This document shows positions 25,710-40,443 of a DNA stretch of 64,000 nucleotides, piece by piece. Origin of the DNA: the human T2T-CHM13v2.0 reference genome, Homo sapiens; NCBI RefSeq assembly GCF_009914755.1, contig NC_060937.1, one strand, 5' to 3'. The notes under the pieces were generated by a model that made no database searches, was not told the DNA's origin, and saw nothing but the letters and a program-made list of their open reading frames with translations. How positions within the stretch are numbered: position 1 is the stretch's first letter; every line of letters starts with the position of its first letter. A program made the translations under genes and the position numbers.

Positions 25710-28490
25710 CATTGTATGACCATTACTGAAATACTAAATTATTGTTTTATGCTTTTGACTTTTAAATTATATAGGAAATAAAAAAAGAAGTTCCAATAAA
25801 AATACAATAATACTGGCTTTTACTTTTACCTGTGTACAAGTAGAGTTCTTTATGTTTTTTATATTGCTTACAGTTATTACATAGTGTCTTTTTATTTCAG
25901 CCTAAAATATTTTAGCATTTCTTGTAGTGTGGGTCTACCAGTGTTAACTCTTTCAGCTTTTATTTATTTATTTTTTAAAAATGGGGAATACTTTGGAAAC
26001 TGAAGGGTTAATTTGATCAAGTCTGCCTGCCCTGCTTGCTTTAGATTGCTTGCTTGTTGTTATTATTATTTTTGTCTTTTTTCCATGATGCTGAATACTG
26101 AAGTAGCTGAAGCTTTCACTGCTTAAAACTGAAACTTAAATTTCACTGGTTACTTTATAGAAAACAATCATAGGTCACCATGTTGTCAGTTGTCTTTCAG
26201 GAACTTGGTCCAACTTCTGGCCGGTTCAAACTGGTTGAGACCACGGACCCTTCAACTGGGTTTGCACAGGTGGCCTTTTGGCATTGGAGGGCCAAAAACT
26301 TCACCTTCAGATCATGCTAATGTTGCCAATTTCTGGACATATTTCCTTTGAAATGTCATGAACTCTGACTATGCTTGCGTAGAACAAACCTGATACTTTA
26401 TTTTTCTCCGCTGCCAATCACCTTTCCCCACACCACTTCCCTAACACATAGGCATCCCTAAGTCTTATCTTCTGGAGGTGGATTTGAGAGCTGTTTTCCT
26501 GCCTCCTCACTCAGTGGTTTTGTGAATAAAACTCTCTTTTGCAATACCCATGTCACAGTAGTTGATTTACTGTACATGGGCAGAGCAGACTTGGACCTGG
26601 ATGGTAATGCTTTAATGTCTCATTTATTTTTGAAGGCTATTTTTGAAGGATGTAGAATTCTTGGTTGACAGTTATCTCTATTAGCACTTTAAAAAAAAAG
26701 TCATCCTACTCCCTATGGCCTCTCTATGGTTTCTGATGAAAAATCTGCTTCTCAGATTACTTATTAATCTTATTGTGTGTCCTTTGAATGGAATGAATTT
26801 TTTCTCTTGCTGCTTTCAACAACTTTTTTGGTTTTTGACAATTTGACTATAATGTGTCTCAGAGTGGTTTGCTTTGAATTTACACTTTGAATAATTTTCT
26901 TAAATGTGTAGATATTTTCCTTTTGTCAGATTTGGGAAGTTTTTTTATTGTCATTTCTTCAAGTCTTTTTTTTTCTGCTCCTTTCTTTCTTCCTGCCCTC
27001 TTGAATTCCATTATGCATGTGTTGTTGTGCTTGGTGATATCTGTTATAGCTCTTATCTCTGTTCATTTTTCTTCATTCATTTTTTTTTAATTTTTTTCTC
27101 ACAGTGCATAACTTCAGTTTACCTATTTTCAAATTCACTGCTATGTTTTATGTCCTGCTCAAATTTGCCGTTAAACCTAACCAGTGAGTTTTTCATTTTA
27201 GTTATTATTCTTTTTAATTCCAAAATTTTTATGTTATCCCCTTTTATGTACTTATCATAATTTTGTTTATATTTTCTTATACTATCTTCTGGTTTTATTT
27301 AACTCTTGAACATATTTAAGGTAATAGATTTAATGTCTTTGTCTAGAAAGTTCAATGACTGCTTTTTGAAGGTACATTCTCTATAAATTTCTTCTCTAAC
27401 TGGGTCATAGGTTCTTGTTTATTCTCATGCTTTGCATTTTTTTGTTAAAAACTGGAGATTTTGAATATTATAATGTGGTAATTTGGATATTATATTATTA
27501 CCCATCTTTGCTGTGGGCTGTAGCTTTTTGTTTGTTTAGTCACCTTTATAAACTCTTTTTGTAGTTTTTTCCTTCATGTTTGGTCCCAGAAATTTATGTT
27601 CCTTTAGCTTGTGTTCAGCTAGTGTTTTCACAGAGATTTTCTTGAATACCAGGAAGCAAAGAAAGGAAAAAAAGAGAGAGAGAAAAAAGAAAAAGGAAAG
27701 AAGTAAACAAAATCTTCCAGTCTTTGCTGATTAATTCTGTGCTGGGCATTTCTTTAACACTTATCCAGACTATTAATTATATTTTTATATCTTATCTTTA
27801 TTTTCTGCTTGCTCTGAATCTATGTAATAGCCAGAAATGAAACTTAAGTGTTTTTATGCATGTTCTAATCATAGCCCCTACCCGGGGCAAGCATGTGACT
27901 TTCTAGCTTCCCCACTATACATATAAACTTTTGAATGCTAGTTTCCCAAAGAAACTCTCTGTTTCTAGGATTTCCTCCTATGCTTTAGGTGCACTATTTT
28001 TTGTACCTCAACTGTAATATTTTGCCCCAGGCAACAGCAGTTGGTTAGCTTGCCTTAAAATGTTTTCAAGTAATACCTGCCACTTTTATAATTGGAGTGA
28101 ATATTGAGTTAGGCCAATCAAAGATGACTGTCTTGCATTAGTCCTTCAAGAAGTCCCCAGGCAGGCTAGAACAGACAAATGCAATTCTTTGAGTATAAGT
28201 TCTGCTGTACAGAACCAGGGACCGGCATTCCACACTGGAAACATGCTGTCATCTTCAAGATAATTGCTGAGCAAAAGAAGAAGGTGGAGAAAAAGCAGGT
28301 AAAGTGCCTAAGTTTTTCTTCCATATTAAGCTGTCTTTTCCTTCATTCAGCATTCATTTGGTTGCTTAAATTTTGGACTGTTCTTCGCAATTATAACAAA
28401 CTTTATTCTGACAGTTTTGGGCTCATTTTTGGATTATTCTGTGAAGGGAAAAGACCTTAGAGCTATCTATTCTACCATTTTCACTGATAT
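25710..28490 (-). mobile_element. Old L1M (ORF1/5' region), interrupted by an LTR
   Basis: T-rich antisense L1 motifs (tagcatttcttgtag; ggatgtagaattcttggttgacag; tttgactataatgtgtct; tttgggaagttttt). Confidence 0.75.
25995..26609 (+). mobile_element. ERV1-class solo LTR inserted in L1
   Basis: LTR-like sequence with AATAAA near 26525. The L1 sequence resumes after it. Probable 4-bp TSD CTTT (25991-25994 and 26610-26613). Confidence 0.7.
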
Positions 28491-29104
28491 CATTTTTTCA
28501 TGTCTCTAGTTTTAGTGTTTTATTTTAAATTTATATAACTATATATTTTATAGATATATTTAAGTTTAATTTTGGAATCTGTTTTTACATTGGTAAGCTT
28601 AGCACACACAAACACAGAGTAATTAAGTCACATATTAATACTTATTTTCTACAAATACACTTGCATTATTTATTTACCATTCATGAATGATTTATTTTTT
28701 ATGAGTTAAATTACATAAATTAATTAGATTTTATTATAGTATTATCAATTCTTATGTAATAAATTATCACAAACTTAGCATTTACTGCAAGTCACATTAT
28801 TGTTTCTTAGTTGCTGTGGGCCAGATGCTTTGGCATGGCTTTGCTGCATCTTCTGACAGTATCTGTCAAAACTGTAATCCAAGTAATGGCCAAATTGTAT
28901 TTTCACCTGGAGGTTTGACTAAGAAAGAATCTTCTTCCAAAACCATTTAGTTCACTAGTGCAATTCATTTTCTTGCAGTAGTAAAACTGGGGGCCCTGGT
29001 TTCTTTCTGACTGTTGGATTAAACTGCTGTCACCTCCTGGAAGTTGTCTGCAGTTCCTTGCCACGTGGGCTTTGCTCAGAATACCTACTTTTTTTTTCAT
29101 TCAG

Positions 29105-29164
29105 TGTATTAATCTGTTTCGACTGCCATAACAAAATATTGTAGACTGCATGGCTTAAACAACA

Positions 29165-29240
<76 letters not shown>

Positions 29241-29411
29241 GTGTATATATATATACATACACACATATATGTATATATATACACATACGTATATACACAT
29301 ACATACATATATACACATATATAGTATATACATACACATACATATATACATATATATGTATATACATACACATATATATACATATATATGTGTGTATATA
29401 TATACACATAC

Positions 29412-29449
<38 letters not shown>

Positions 29450-30315
29450 GCTTTGGAGGCTAGAAATCCCAGATCAATATCTGGCAGGGTGAGGGCTCAC
29501 TTCCTGGCATGAAGATGGTTGCTTTCTCTCCGTGTCCTCACTTGGTCTTTCCTTGTTGAATGAATGTGCACAAGGGGTTGTTGCGCTGGGGAGAGAGAAA
29601 GTGCTCTTTGATGTCTCTTCTTATGAAAACTCCAGTCCTATCAGATTAGGGTCATGCCCTTTTACCTCATTTAATCTTAATTACTTCCTAGGGTCCTCAC
29701 CTCTAAATACAGCCACACTGGGGCTTAGTAAAGCTTCAACATATAAATTTTGGAGGGACGTATATATTCAGTTCATAACATTACACCCCTGGCTCCCCAA
29801 AAACTATGTTTTTCTTACATGTAAAATACATTTATTTCATCCAAATAGTCCCAAAAGTCTCAACACATTTTAGTACTAACTCTCTGACCTTAAAGTCTAA
29901 AGTCTCATCTAAATTTTATCGATATCAGACATGCATGAGACTTGAACTATGATTTATCTTCAGATGACATTCCTCTTAATATGTAAACCTATGAAATGAG
30001 AGAAATTATGTGCTTCTAAAATACAGTGTTGGGACAGGCAGAGAATAGTAATTCCTGTTCTAAAAAGGAAAAATCAGAAGGAAAGAGGGGGTAATATTTT
30101 CCAACCAAGTCCAAAACCTAGCAAGGCAAATTCCATTAGATCTTAAGGCTAAAGATGTCTCATCTTTCATTTGCTGCACTGTCCTCAAGGACCACAGGGG
30201 TAGCAGAGTCTTCCCCACAGCTCTGCAAGGAAGCTCATCTCCAAATACAGCCACACTGGTGGTTAGGAATTCAACATACAAATTCTGGGGGAGCAAAAAC
30301 ATTCAGTCTAAAGCA
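29105..30315 (-). mobile_element. MLT1A/B-like MaLR: LTR 29105-29780, partial internal region, LTR remnant ~30235-30315
   Basis: TG...CA ends; 5-bp TSD TTCAG (29100-29104) and TCCAG (30316-30320); the motif aaatacagccacactgg occurs in both LTRs. Confidence 0.8.
29167..29449. repeat. Compound (TA)n/(CA)n/(TATACA)n microsatellite
   Basis: Directly visible ~280-bp alternating purine-pyrimidine tract. Confidence 0.98.
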
Positions 30316-31457
30316 TCCAGCCTGTAAAGAGAATCTCTAGAGTGAGTTTTCTAACAAGACAAAGTCTTAAACAACATGACATAATCATGGGCATGACGTC
30401 CCATCATGTTCGTCTTACTTTATTTGTTAGAAGCAAGTCAGAGGGCCCAGACACACTCAAGGGTATATCTTTCATATAAATTTGAACACCAGAGAAAAGG
30501 ATCATGATGACCATCTTAAAGTCTACCTACTAGAGTTTAAAAATCATGATTTTTATTTTTATTTTTTTCAAGTAGTTATCTCTAACTAAGATCCAAATTT
30601 AATGTATAATTCTTCTAACATTCCTTTTCATTTTAATCTTTTCTGTGCCTGGAGTTTATTTTGTCTTTTAAATTCTACTTTGTTTAGTTGACTGTTTTTC
30701 CTTCATTACTTAATTGGTACTGAAGAAGTTTATCCAACATTAGAGTCTTTTTACTAAATATTTACTTATTTTTATTTCTCATTTAAATATGTAGTCTTCT
30801 CTTTCAATAGTTTATTTTTGTTGTTGGTTTTGTTTTGTTTTGTTTTGGTATATCTACCAAGAATCTTTACAAAGATAGACTTTAGTAAACTTTTTAAAGC
30901 TTTATGCTGGAAAGCATATGCATTTGGTGTTCATGTTTTAATAATAAATTGGTAAGACATGCATTTGTAATTCAAAATTATTTTTTTTCAGAACTTAGAA
31001 AATAGTGCTTATTTTTTGGTCTTCTTGTCAGTTCTTTGACTATTTATCTTAATTTGACATTGTTTACCTTGTAAAAATCTATGAACTTCAATAACTTTTG
31101 TAAAGAACTTTTTCTTGCTGATCTTATTATTGTACTATGTGTGAATTTTATTTTAACTATTCTGTTTGAAATTTTGGGATTCCTTTCAACCACAAGTCTT
31201 TTATGTTTCTATTATTCTTTGCAATTCTCCATATTAATATTTGATTTTCTCTGTTCTTCTTATACACCTAGACTTTCTTAACAATAATACATCTTTATAT
31301 CAAATAATTTTATTATGTCATCCCTTTGTCATGTGTTTTCTGAAAGAATTTCTTTAATAAATTTTGAGTCCAATCCATATTATTAAATAGCATTAGTTTT
31401 GTTATTCCCTCATCTATTGAATTATTTATTTACTTCACTATTTTTTTAAACTAATAT

Positions 31458-31954
31458 TGTTAACCAAGTGCCAGAGATTCAGTCTAGGTCCTGCTGCTTG
31501 CCACACAGGAAGCCAGTCGCTGGGACAATAAGTTTTGCCAGGGAAGCAGGCTTTAATATGGTGATGCAGTTGAGGAGATGGGAGACCAGTCTCAAATCCA
31601 CCTCCCTAACTGACTAAAATCAGGGGTTTATATAGCAGGAAGAACTGTAGCCACATGCAGGAAAACAGGAATTAGGGACAGGTAAGGAAAAGGTATTGGT
31701 GAACAGGAAGCCAGTGGTGGGTTAGACAATCATGACTGGTGAGGGGTCTGGTTTTTCATTATCCAGATGCAGTAATCTGGTGTGCTTTAGGTCTGTGATA
31801 CTATTTGGGAAGACTAAAGGTTAGTTTCCTGAGAAAATAACTCAGATAAGACAATCATAACTTTCACAAGTCTAAAGACTGAGAGGGTCAATTTCCACAT
31901 TTATTCCAAAGAAATCATGAACATCAATTCTATGGGAGAATTGGGCCAGTTTCA
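31458..31954 (-). mobile_element. ERV1 (MER4-group) solo LTR
   Basis: TG...CA termini with a perfect 4-bp TSD ATAT (31454-31457 and 31955-31958). The reverse strand starts TGAAACTGGCCCAATT. Confidence 0.85.
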
Positions 31955-32072
31955 ATATTTCCACAGTCTTCTTTATTACTAGTTCTTCCTGCTTCATGAT
32001 GTAATCATGCCATATCATCCATTTGAGGTGTTATTGTTAATTTAATATTTTCATGTATTTATACTGTCATAG

Positions 32073-32474
<402 letters not shown>

Positions 32475-33039
32475 TGAAGGTACCAAATAGTTAGCTTGTA
32501 AAGTATTCAAGGTAGAAGAGGCAAGGCTTAATGCTTTGGTATTTGTAGAGTTTGGAGTAGGGAAAGCATTCTCCATGGCAGAGGCCAGAGTACCAAGGTT
32601 GAGTTTGGCTACCCAAATAATAAATTTTCTTTTTAGAAAATTCTGAACCTCGGGAAAACCATCTTTACCTGTTTCATTAAGTATTCTCCTTGTTTGTTCG
32701 TAGTGCAAAAAGGAATATTTTGTCCCTAGGTATTCTTCACAATAAGTTAATTCCTCAAATCCGTAAAAAGTTCACCATTACACTGAGAAAGATTTCATCA
32801 ATATTATGTTTGATTATCTTTTATTGATGTTCCCGAAAGTTTTTTTTTTTAATTTTGACAGTGTTTACCATTCCTAAATACTTGATTTTTTTTTAGCCTT
32901 TGGTTTCATAAGGGTCATACTTTACTTTCCTTGTTTACTTTTAGTTTACTTTATGTTTTTGAGTTTTCTTTGTACATTTATCTTCCTTTCAACTATTATA
33001 TTTGTTAATATGCTACCTAAAGCCATTAGGTATTTATTT

Positions 33040-33500
33040 TATCTATAAAATTGTTATGCTGCTGTAGTAGTACTAAGCTCCACTACAGAAAAACGCCTCT
33101 GTTTCCTACATTGATTTGGAATAACATGCCGGTTCTACATAAAACTACCATATGTCACAGGTTTGTTTTGAGACTCTTTTCTCTTCCATGCATTTATTTA
33201 TCTATGTTTCCGCCCAAACAACAGAGTATTACTCATTTTGCTTTATAGTAAATCTCTATATCTGGTAGCATAATTTCTTTTTCCACAGTGTTCTTTATCA
33301 TCAAGAATGTCTTGGGTTTTCTTCATGTTTTTACATACATTTTACTTTATTTATTTATAGGAAAAATGCTGAAATTTGTATTAACAATGCACTGAATGTA
33401 TTAATAATTGTGCATACAATTATAGATTTATGTATTGGTTCTTCTAATTCATAACCATAGCATACATTCCCATTAATTTGTCTTCTTAAAATCTCTCAAT
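33040..33500 (-). mobile_element. Degenerate L1M fragment
   Basis: gctttatagtaaatct..tatctggtag and ttcttctaattcataaccatag resemble antisense L1 ORF2. Confidence 0.55.
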
Positions 33501-34979
33501 AAATCCTCATAAAGGTTATTATAATTACCCATAGTTTGTTTTATTTTTATGTTACTACATAATTTGATAATCCAAATATACAAAGTGTGGATAGGACTAT
33601 TCTCTCAACACCACATTGTCAAGTTGCTTTGCCTCCTTTTGCACCCCAGACAGAAACCAATATAATGCAAATTTCTTGCTTGAGATTCCCTGATCAACCC
33701 AGGTCTTGTGTATCAAGAGTAGGAATTTGTACTTTCATAATACAGAGTAATAGTTTACCAGAAGTTTCTCCCATTTTTAAATTTGTTATGGTTGTTCTGT
33801 TCTAATCAGCAGCATCTCAACTGGATTGTGGGTAGTGTAGGATGATCTATTTCTGCTTTGCTATTATCCAGAAGGTGTGTAGACGTTAGAGGTATCTGCA
33901 TAATATGGCTATAGACTCCCTATTTGGGGAAGTTTTCTGGTTTTGACTTTTTCCTCCTAACTCTGCAACTTTTTGAATCTTAACTCTTAGTGTATGGTAA
34001 GAAAAAGATGCCATCCAATTTTTAAAAAATGTGATGCCTTAATACTCTACTTACCTTTGTGAATGCAGGCTTTTATCCACAGCTTTGTGTGAATATTTCC
34101 AAATGTTTAAATCTCTTCAGTATTTTTAGGCTATTTTTTAAAAATTTCTCTGGAATTTTTTTTTACCTCAGTTTGATATAAGTAATTTAAGCTATCATCA
34201 TTAGAGCTGGAAGTTCCTAAAATTTATTTTTCACATTGCCAGTAGAATGAACATTCTATACACAAACTGTATAATATATCCTTGTCTTAAAACCTTTACT
34301 AGCTCCTTATGACTGTCACTGCTTTTAAAATTTTGTATTGAAAATTAAAATATTATAATGTGATGCCTAAAAACTAGGCTATGTCTCACTCTAATCTTCA
34401 TACAACTGATCCTGAAACACGTTTTGGAATGTATTATGTTATCCTTGCTTCTGGTCTTTAAGCATAACATTATTTCTGCATGGAGTCTTCTCCTGCTCCA
34501 TCTTTTGTTTTTCCTATCTTGGATTTATCCTTCTGACCTCAGCTTAAAGATAATTTATAACTTTGGTGGGATAGGACATACCATAATAGCTATACATAAC
34601 AGGCTCCAAGCCAATTATTTGAACTTTTCTAAGTCTTCAATAACCCAATTGTAATGCCAAATACCTAACATTTTGTTTTGTGGATCAAATTGAATAATGT
34701 GCTCTGTCCTATAGTAAACATTCAATGAATTCTAATTACCATTATTTTTTGCCGTTTTTATTTGCACACACCCCCAACCTCCAACTGCAACCTTATGAGA
34801 CTGAGTAGTTGCAAAAGTCTATGTTTTTGTATTTCCTTCTCTAGTTGCATATAAGACACTGAGGTTTTTGTTTAGCCATTGGATTCTTTTATTAGAGTTT
34901 AAGACCTTTAAGGTAGAAACCCTGCCTTTCCCACACATATATTCATTATGCCTCATATAGAAGTACAACTACTACATAT

Positions 34980-35581
<602 letters not shown>

Positions 35582-36870
35582 TGTGTGTGTATATATATAT
35601 ACACACACACACACATTATATATGTATTACATTATACTATAAAAGAAGTAAATTAAGAACAGAAGTATTTTAGATTGAAAGATTATGACATTTTATTGGG
35701 AAAAGGTCAAGGTAATTTTGATGGATGAAGTAGGATTGTAGATTGGCCTAGCATGACATTGGTATAGCTGCCAGGGCACTGCCTGAAAGTTGTGCTTCAC
35801 TGGAGTTCTGCGATGCTTGAAAAACAGACAATAAGCAACTTGACCTAGGATAATGTGTTATTTTCATGAAACCTAAATGATATCAAAGTCTGTGCATATT
35901 GATGGCTAAAACCTGTACATTTTTTTTCTTTCTTTTCCAAACTAGTGTTGGTCACAATCAATATTTTCTCAAAGAAATTAATTAAATTTTATTAATTTTA
36001 CTTTCTGTATAAAAGTAACACAATAAGTGTATATCATATATTAAGTATTAAGTATATACTTAATACTTGTTGTGTATAATATATTGCATTATATATACAA
36101 TAAGTGTAGATATATAAAATATAGGATGAGAAATACACTAAAAAGAAAAATATTTTGAAAAAATTTACAATTACTTGTTTAGCCCCTCAATTTGTATCTT
36201 CTGAGTTTTTGGCCTATTGTAACCTCATTAATAACTGCAGCATAATTGAGTTTTAATGGATTTATTGAAGCTTGAGTGTCCTCAAATATTTAACATTAAT
36301 AATTTGGTACCATATACACTAAATCACACAAATCCTACATTGTAAACTAGAGACATTTTAAGACAAAGATGTACAGTATCATTATTTAACACACAAATTA
36401 ATAGAGGTTATATAATTTATGACAAAATCAGCTTCAGATTTCTCAGGAGAAGAGAACTCAGAAAAAGACAACTGTTCTGAAATTTCCTGAAATTCCCATC
36501 TGGAAATAGAAAAGATTTGGCTTTCAGAAAACCATCTCAAGTGATATTATTTCAGGGAGAGGTGTAAAGTCAGAAAAATTCAGTGTGAGGTTTTCAAGTA
36601 GAACACTTTAGTTAGTATTGAAAACATTTATATTAGAATATTAATATATGAAGTTGAAATGGTAGTTTGAAAACTGACAGTGAAAAACCTATAAAGCACA
36701 TTATTATTTTTCTTTGAGACAATGAATTTTGAAAACTGAAGGGTTTTGGCCAGTACTATGACATGATGAAAGGGAAATTTTGGAAGATTATATAGCAACA
36801 GTTAAAATGATTGATTTTGGTAGAGAATAAACTGGAAGCATAGGGATTGATAATGGGATCATTGCATTTT

Positions 36871-37216
36871 CCTTATGCTGCTAATACTACTGCTACTTGC
36901 TTAGAAGCTGCTTAGTATCAACCTCAAAATGGAAATTTACTTGTCATAGCATATGCCAGCAGAATATTGAATAAAAGAGAACATGTATATCCCAGCCCTA
37001 ATTTAGGGTGTCTGTCTTTGAAATAAACAGCTTGAACATTTCTTGAGTTTTTATATGAAATAAATTCAGAGTAATGATAGATTTTTCTAAGAAATTTCTG
37101 ACTACTGCAAAATTGAATGTAGCAGAACAGACAAGAGTGTCAATGTAATACCTATTCCATTTCAAACACTACACGGGGTAGATGAAGGAAGTATAGATAC
37201 TGATACACTTTGAAGA
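36871..37216 (+). mobile_element. Ty3/Gypsy LTR-retrotransposon pol fossil, RNase H domain (MamGyp-like internal sequence)
   Basis: Translation across stops and frameshifts gives LEAA*YQPQNGNLLVIAYASRILNKREHVYP...LSLK*...FLEFLY/NKFRVMID/FLTTAKLNVAEQ...YLFHFKHYTG/SIDTDTL*R. This is collinear with Gypsy LGAVLYQ..VIAYASR.L...E.NYP..LALKW..F.DYLYG..F.V.TD..LTTAKLDA....NIDADALSR. Confidence 0.85.
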
Positions 37217-40183
37217 AAAGAATAGTGTTTCTAGGGAAGGTGGAAGAGAAATATTAGCATGAGATGACTAATAATACTACAGTGAGAATTAAAATAAATA
37301 TAGCATTTACTATTGTCTGCCTATACATGTTTAGATATAATTGATAGAAAAAAATGAGATTTATAAAATTTTAAAACATTTGATACAAATTGTTTAGATA
37401 AAGATATTTGACTATTTTATTTCAGGTTTTCACTACATTACAGGTCAAAAATATGTGAAAAGCTATGTCAAAACTCAAAGCTTAAAAAAGTTTTTGAATT
37501 GACCACTTCACCACTTTCATAGAACCAAAAACCCACATATGCAAGCAACCACCCTCTGAACCTAATTCAAACGATTAAGTTATATTTTGGTAATTTGCAA
37601 ATGAGATATACAAGCTGGTTTAATAAAGTCAGACACAGAAACAAGTCAAATTGCAGAATTTTTTACCAAGGGAAGCTTGTCTACCAAGAGGAATTTAGGA
37701 AAGAAAGGTAGAATGAAACAGATGATAGATTTGGGAGGAGAGAGCAACAGGGATAGTAGAGACAAGAGCATAGAAGCAAATGTGACCATGAGATTCTTAA
37801 AAGATGAGCTGCTTGGTGATATACTTCTTCCAATGAAGATAAAGTACATTTATTGTGATCTTATTCTACGGCATTCTCCAAATGCATTGTGATTATAAGC
37901 ACGCACACACTTCTGCCAACTAGTTTTTGGCTGTTATAAGAAAATTACTTAAATCTGTGGCTCTCAGCACAACTGTAAAATGAGCAGAGAAATATGCTTT
38001 TGTGAGAAATAATATAGCTTTTGTTAAATCAGCTAAAAATAATTTAACTGTATTAATGTCATTTATTATCATTTATTATGTATACATACATTGTATGTAT
38101 TTATATACACATATACACACATGAATAAAAATTACTTGCCTTTTGAGCTAATGAGTTTCTCTTTTAAAAATGAGTTTCTGTTTTAAAAGCAATCCTGCCT
38201 AAAATATCTAGTAATGCTTTGAAGGAGATTTACTAGAAATAGATTCTTATTGACTATATTGTCATTTCATGGTAGCTGGAAGTTAGGATTCTTCCACTGC
38301 AGCATGAGAAGATGGTAGATTGTATAGCATTATAAAATACCACAGCTGGTGTGATTATTGCTTATAGTACCTTCAATATTAATTCACATGCCCACTGACT
38401 TTGGAAAACTTCCACTGACTTTAGAAAATGTACAGTCAAATGTGTATATATCAGAAGGCAGTTAGTAGTTTTAAAGAACGTAAAACAAAAGAGCAAATGT
38501 TCATACTATCTTTCATGGAAAGAGACATGGGCAAGTATAGTGAATCTATCCCTCAGATGTGAATATCCTGTCTTTAAGTATTAGTCTCCTAAGATTTCTG
38601 CAATCTAGGGAGAGACTAAAACATTCATGTTGCCAAAATCAGCTACTAAATTTTCAGCATTGCCTGTGGTTTTAATGCCCTGGTTGTCAAATATCAGAAG
38701 GCTAACATCTCTAATAGTGTTCATAGAATTAGGGAATCTAATTACAAATAAATATGAATTCTGGAAAAAAGTTTGTTATCAGATACTTGCAAAGGGAGAT
38801 TGAGAATAAAGGCTATGCTACTTATTCACTACTTATATCAAGTTTTGGTATTCCCTTTACAGTCTGTGAACTGGTTTAGAGAAGACAAAGTAAGAGAGTC
38901 TGTGGTAACTAGATAACTAAGTAACAGATGCCTCACAGAGAGTCCTTCAAGATCTGCAGCATAAAATTCAGACAATCTAGAAAATGCAGTGATGAAAGAG
39001 TTAGTGAAACTTGTATGAAATCTATTTGTTGAGAGCTAAAACAACATTGAAAATCAGCCCTCTGAAGTTGTTCCAGAATTTTTATCACTAAAAATAAACA
39101 AAACCCAAAAAGGTTTGGTGAGTAGTAAGCAGTCCATGCTTGACTCAATTCAAAAGGTCAGGTATCTCACTTCTTCAGTAAGCTCCATACTTCAATTCAA
39201 AAACTGCTGGCACCTGCTTAATATCACAAGCCCAGTCTGTTTTGAAATAGGAGGATTTCATAAAAAAAAAATTGAAAATATTTTCCAGGCCCCAGAAAAA
39301 GTAATCATATTTAGATAAATAGGAGAGAAAATGTGTTATAGACTAAGACTGACAGAGATAATTTATACAGATGAAATCTGACAGTAATTAGCTTTCCTGG
39401 TTTTTCCTATTTTAGAATTAACACTTTTGTTAAAATAGCTACTTTTATATTAATATTGTTAACTATATATCCAAACACTCATTGGGTTTCTTTATCACTA
39501 GGAATTATAAAGATGATTAATTATGTTCATATAATAATAACTGTATAAAGTATATATTGACTTTTTCTAAACAATACATTATATTGGGTATGCAATGTGT
39601 TGTTAAAGTATCCACTTCTACATCTCCAAGGAAGTTATCTTATTCTCATCCAGTGTGGCTAGAACTTGGTGTTTTTACTAACCATATCCTCCTGTATCTC
39701 TGTTTTTTTAAGATTTATTTTTTCCATGTGCTAGTTTGTAATACAATTACTTCTTTAACCTTTAGGTCACATATGATTATTTCTGCATCTTTATTTGATT
39801 TCATTTACCTCAAGGGCAGTTTATTTGTATAAAGATGTTACTTGATTACTTGAAACAGCCTTCAAATTTCAAATGTTTTGCTTTTTTATACTGAGCCTAC
39901 TGTATCTCTATTCTCTCTGGAAACCTCTGTTCTTCTAGTCCACTGACAGAACAGTCTGTCTGTTGAGATGAGAGCAGAGAATGTTCATCATTCTTCTAGA
40001 CAAATGAAAATTGTATCCATTCTATTAGCAGTGACTCTGTAAAACTTTAACTTGTCAACAATTGGTGAATATAATTAATTTTAATGGATTTGTTGCAGAA
40101 TAGATTCTCGGTTTATATAAATCATTCATGGCACAACACATTTTTCAGCAAATTGAATACTGCTTGTGTTTGACTGTTTTAAA

Positions 40184-40443
40184 AAGGGAAGGAAAAAAGG
40201 AGAGGGAGGGAAGAAAGTTAATGAAAGGGAAGAAAAAATGAAGAGAAAATGGGAAGGGAAAGGAATGGAAGGGAAGGGAGGGGAAGGGAAAGGGAGGAAA
40301 CTGGAGGGAAGGGGAGGGAAGGGGAGGGAAGAAGAGGGAAGGGGAGGGAAGAGGAGGGAAGGGGAAGGGAAGGGAGAAGGGGAGGGAAGGGAAGGGGAGG
40401 GGGAAAGAGGAAAGAAAAGGAAGAGAATAAAATAAGGAAAAGA
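40184..40443. repeat. Polypurine (GGGAA/GGGGA)n low-complexity tract
   Basis: About 260 bp made almost only of A and G. Confidence 0.97.

Larger units (their letters stand above)
28735..30532 (-). mobile_element. MLT1E-like LTR split by a younger MaLR element
   Basis: MLT1E-like halves at ~28735-29099 and ~30321-30532 (ttagaagcaagtca...cacactcaaggg). Confidence 0.7.

Noticed and set aside
29030-29463. Several 74-135 aa ORFs rich in Y/I/C/V/H/T
   Set aside because: They are translations of the TA/CA microsatellite.
35821-35838. 18-bp AAAACAGACAATAAGCAA repeated at ~46870
   Set aside because: An A-rich, L2-like motif with no extended homology; chance or repeat remnant.
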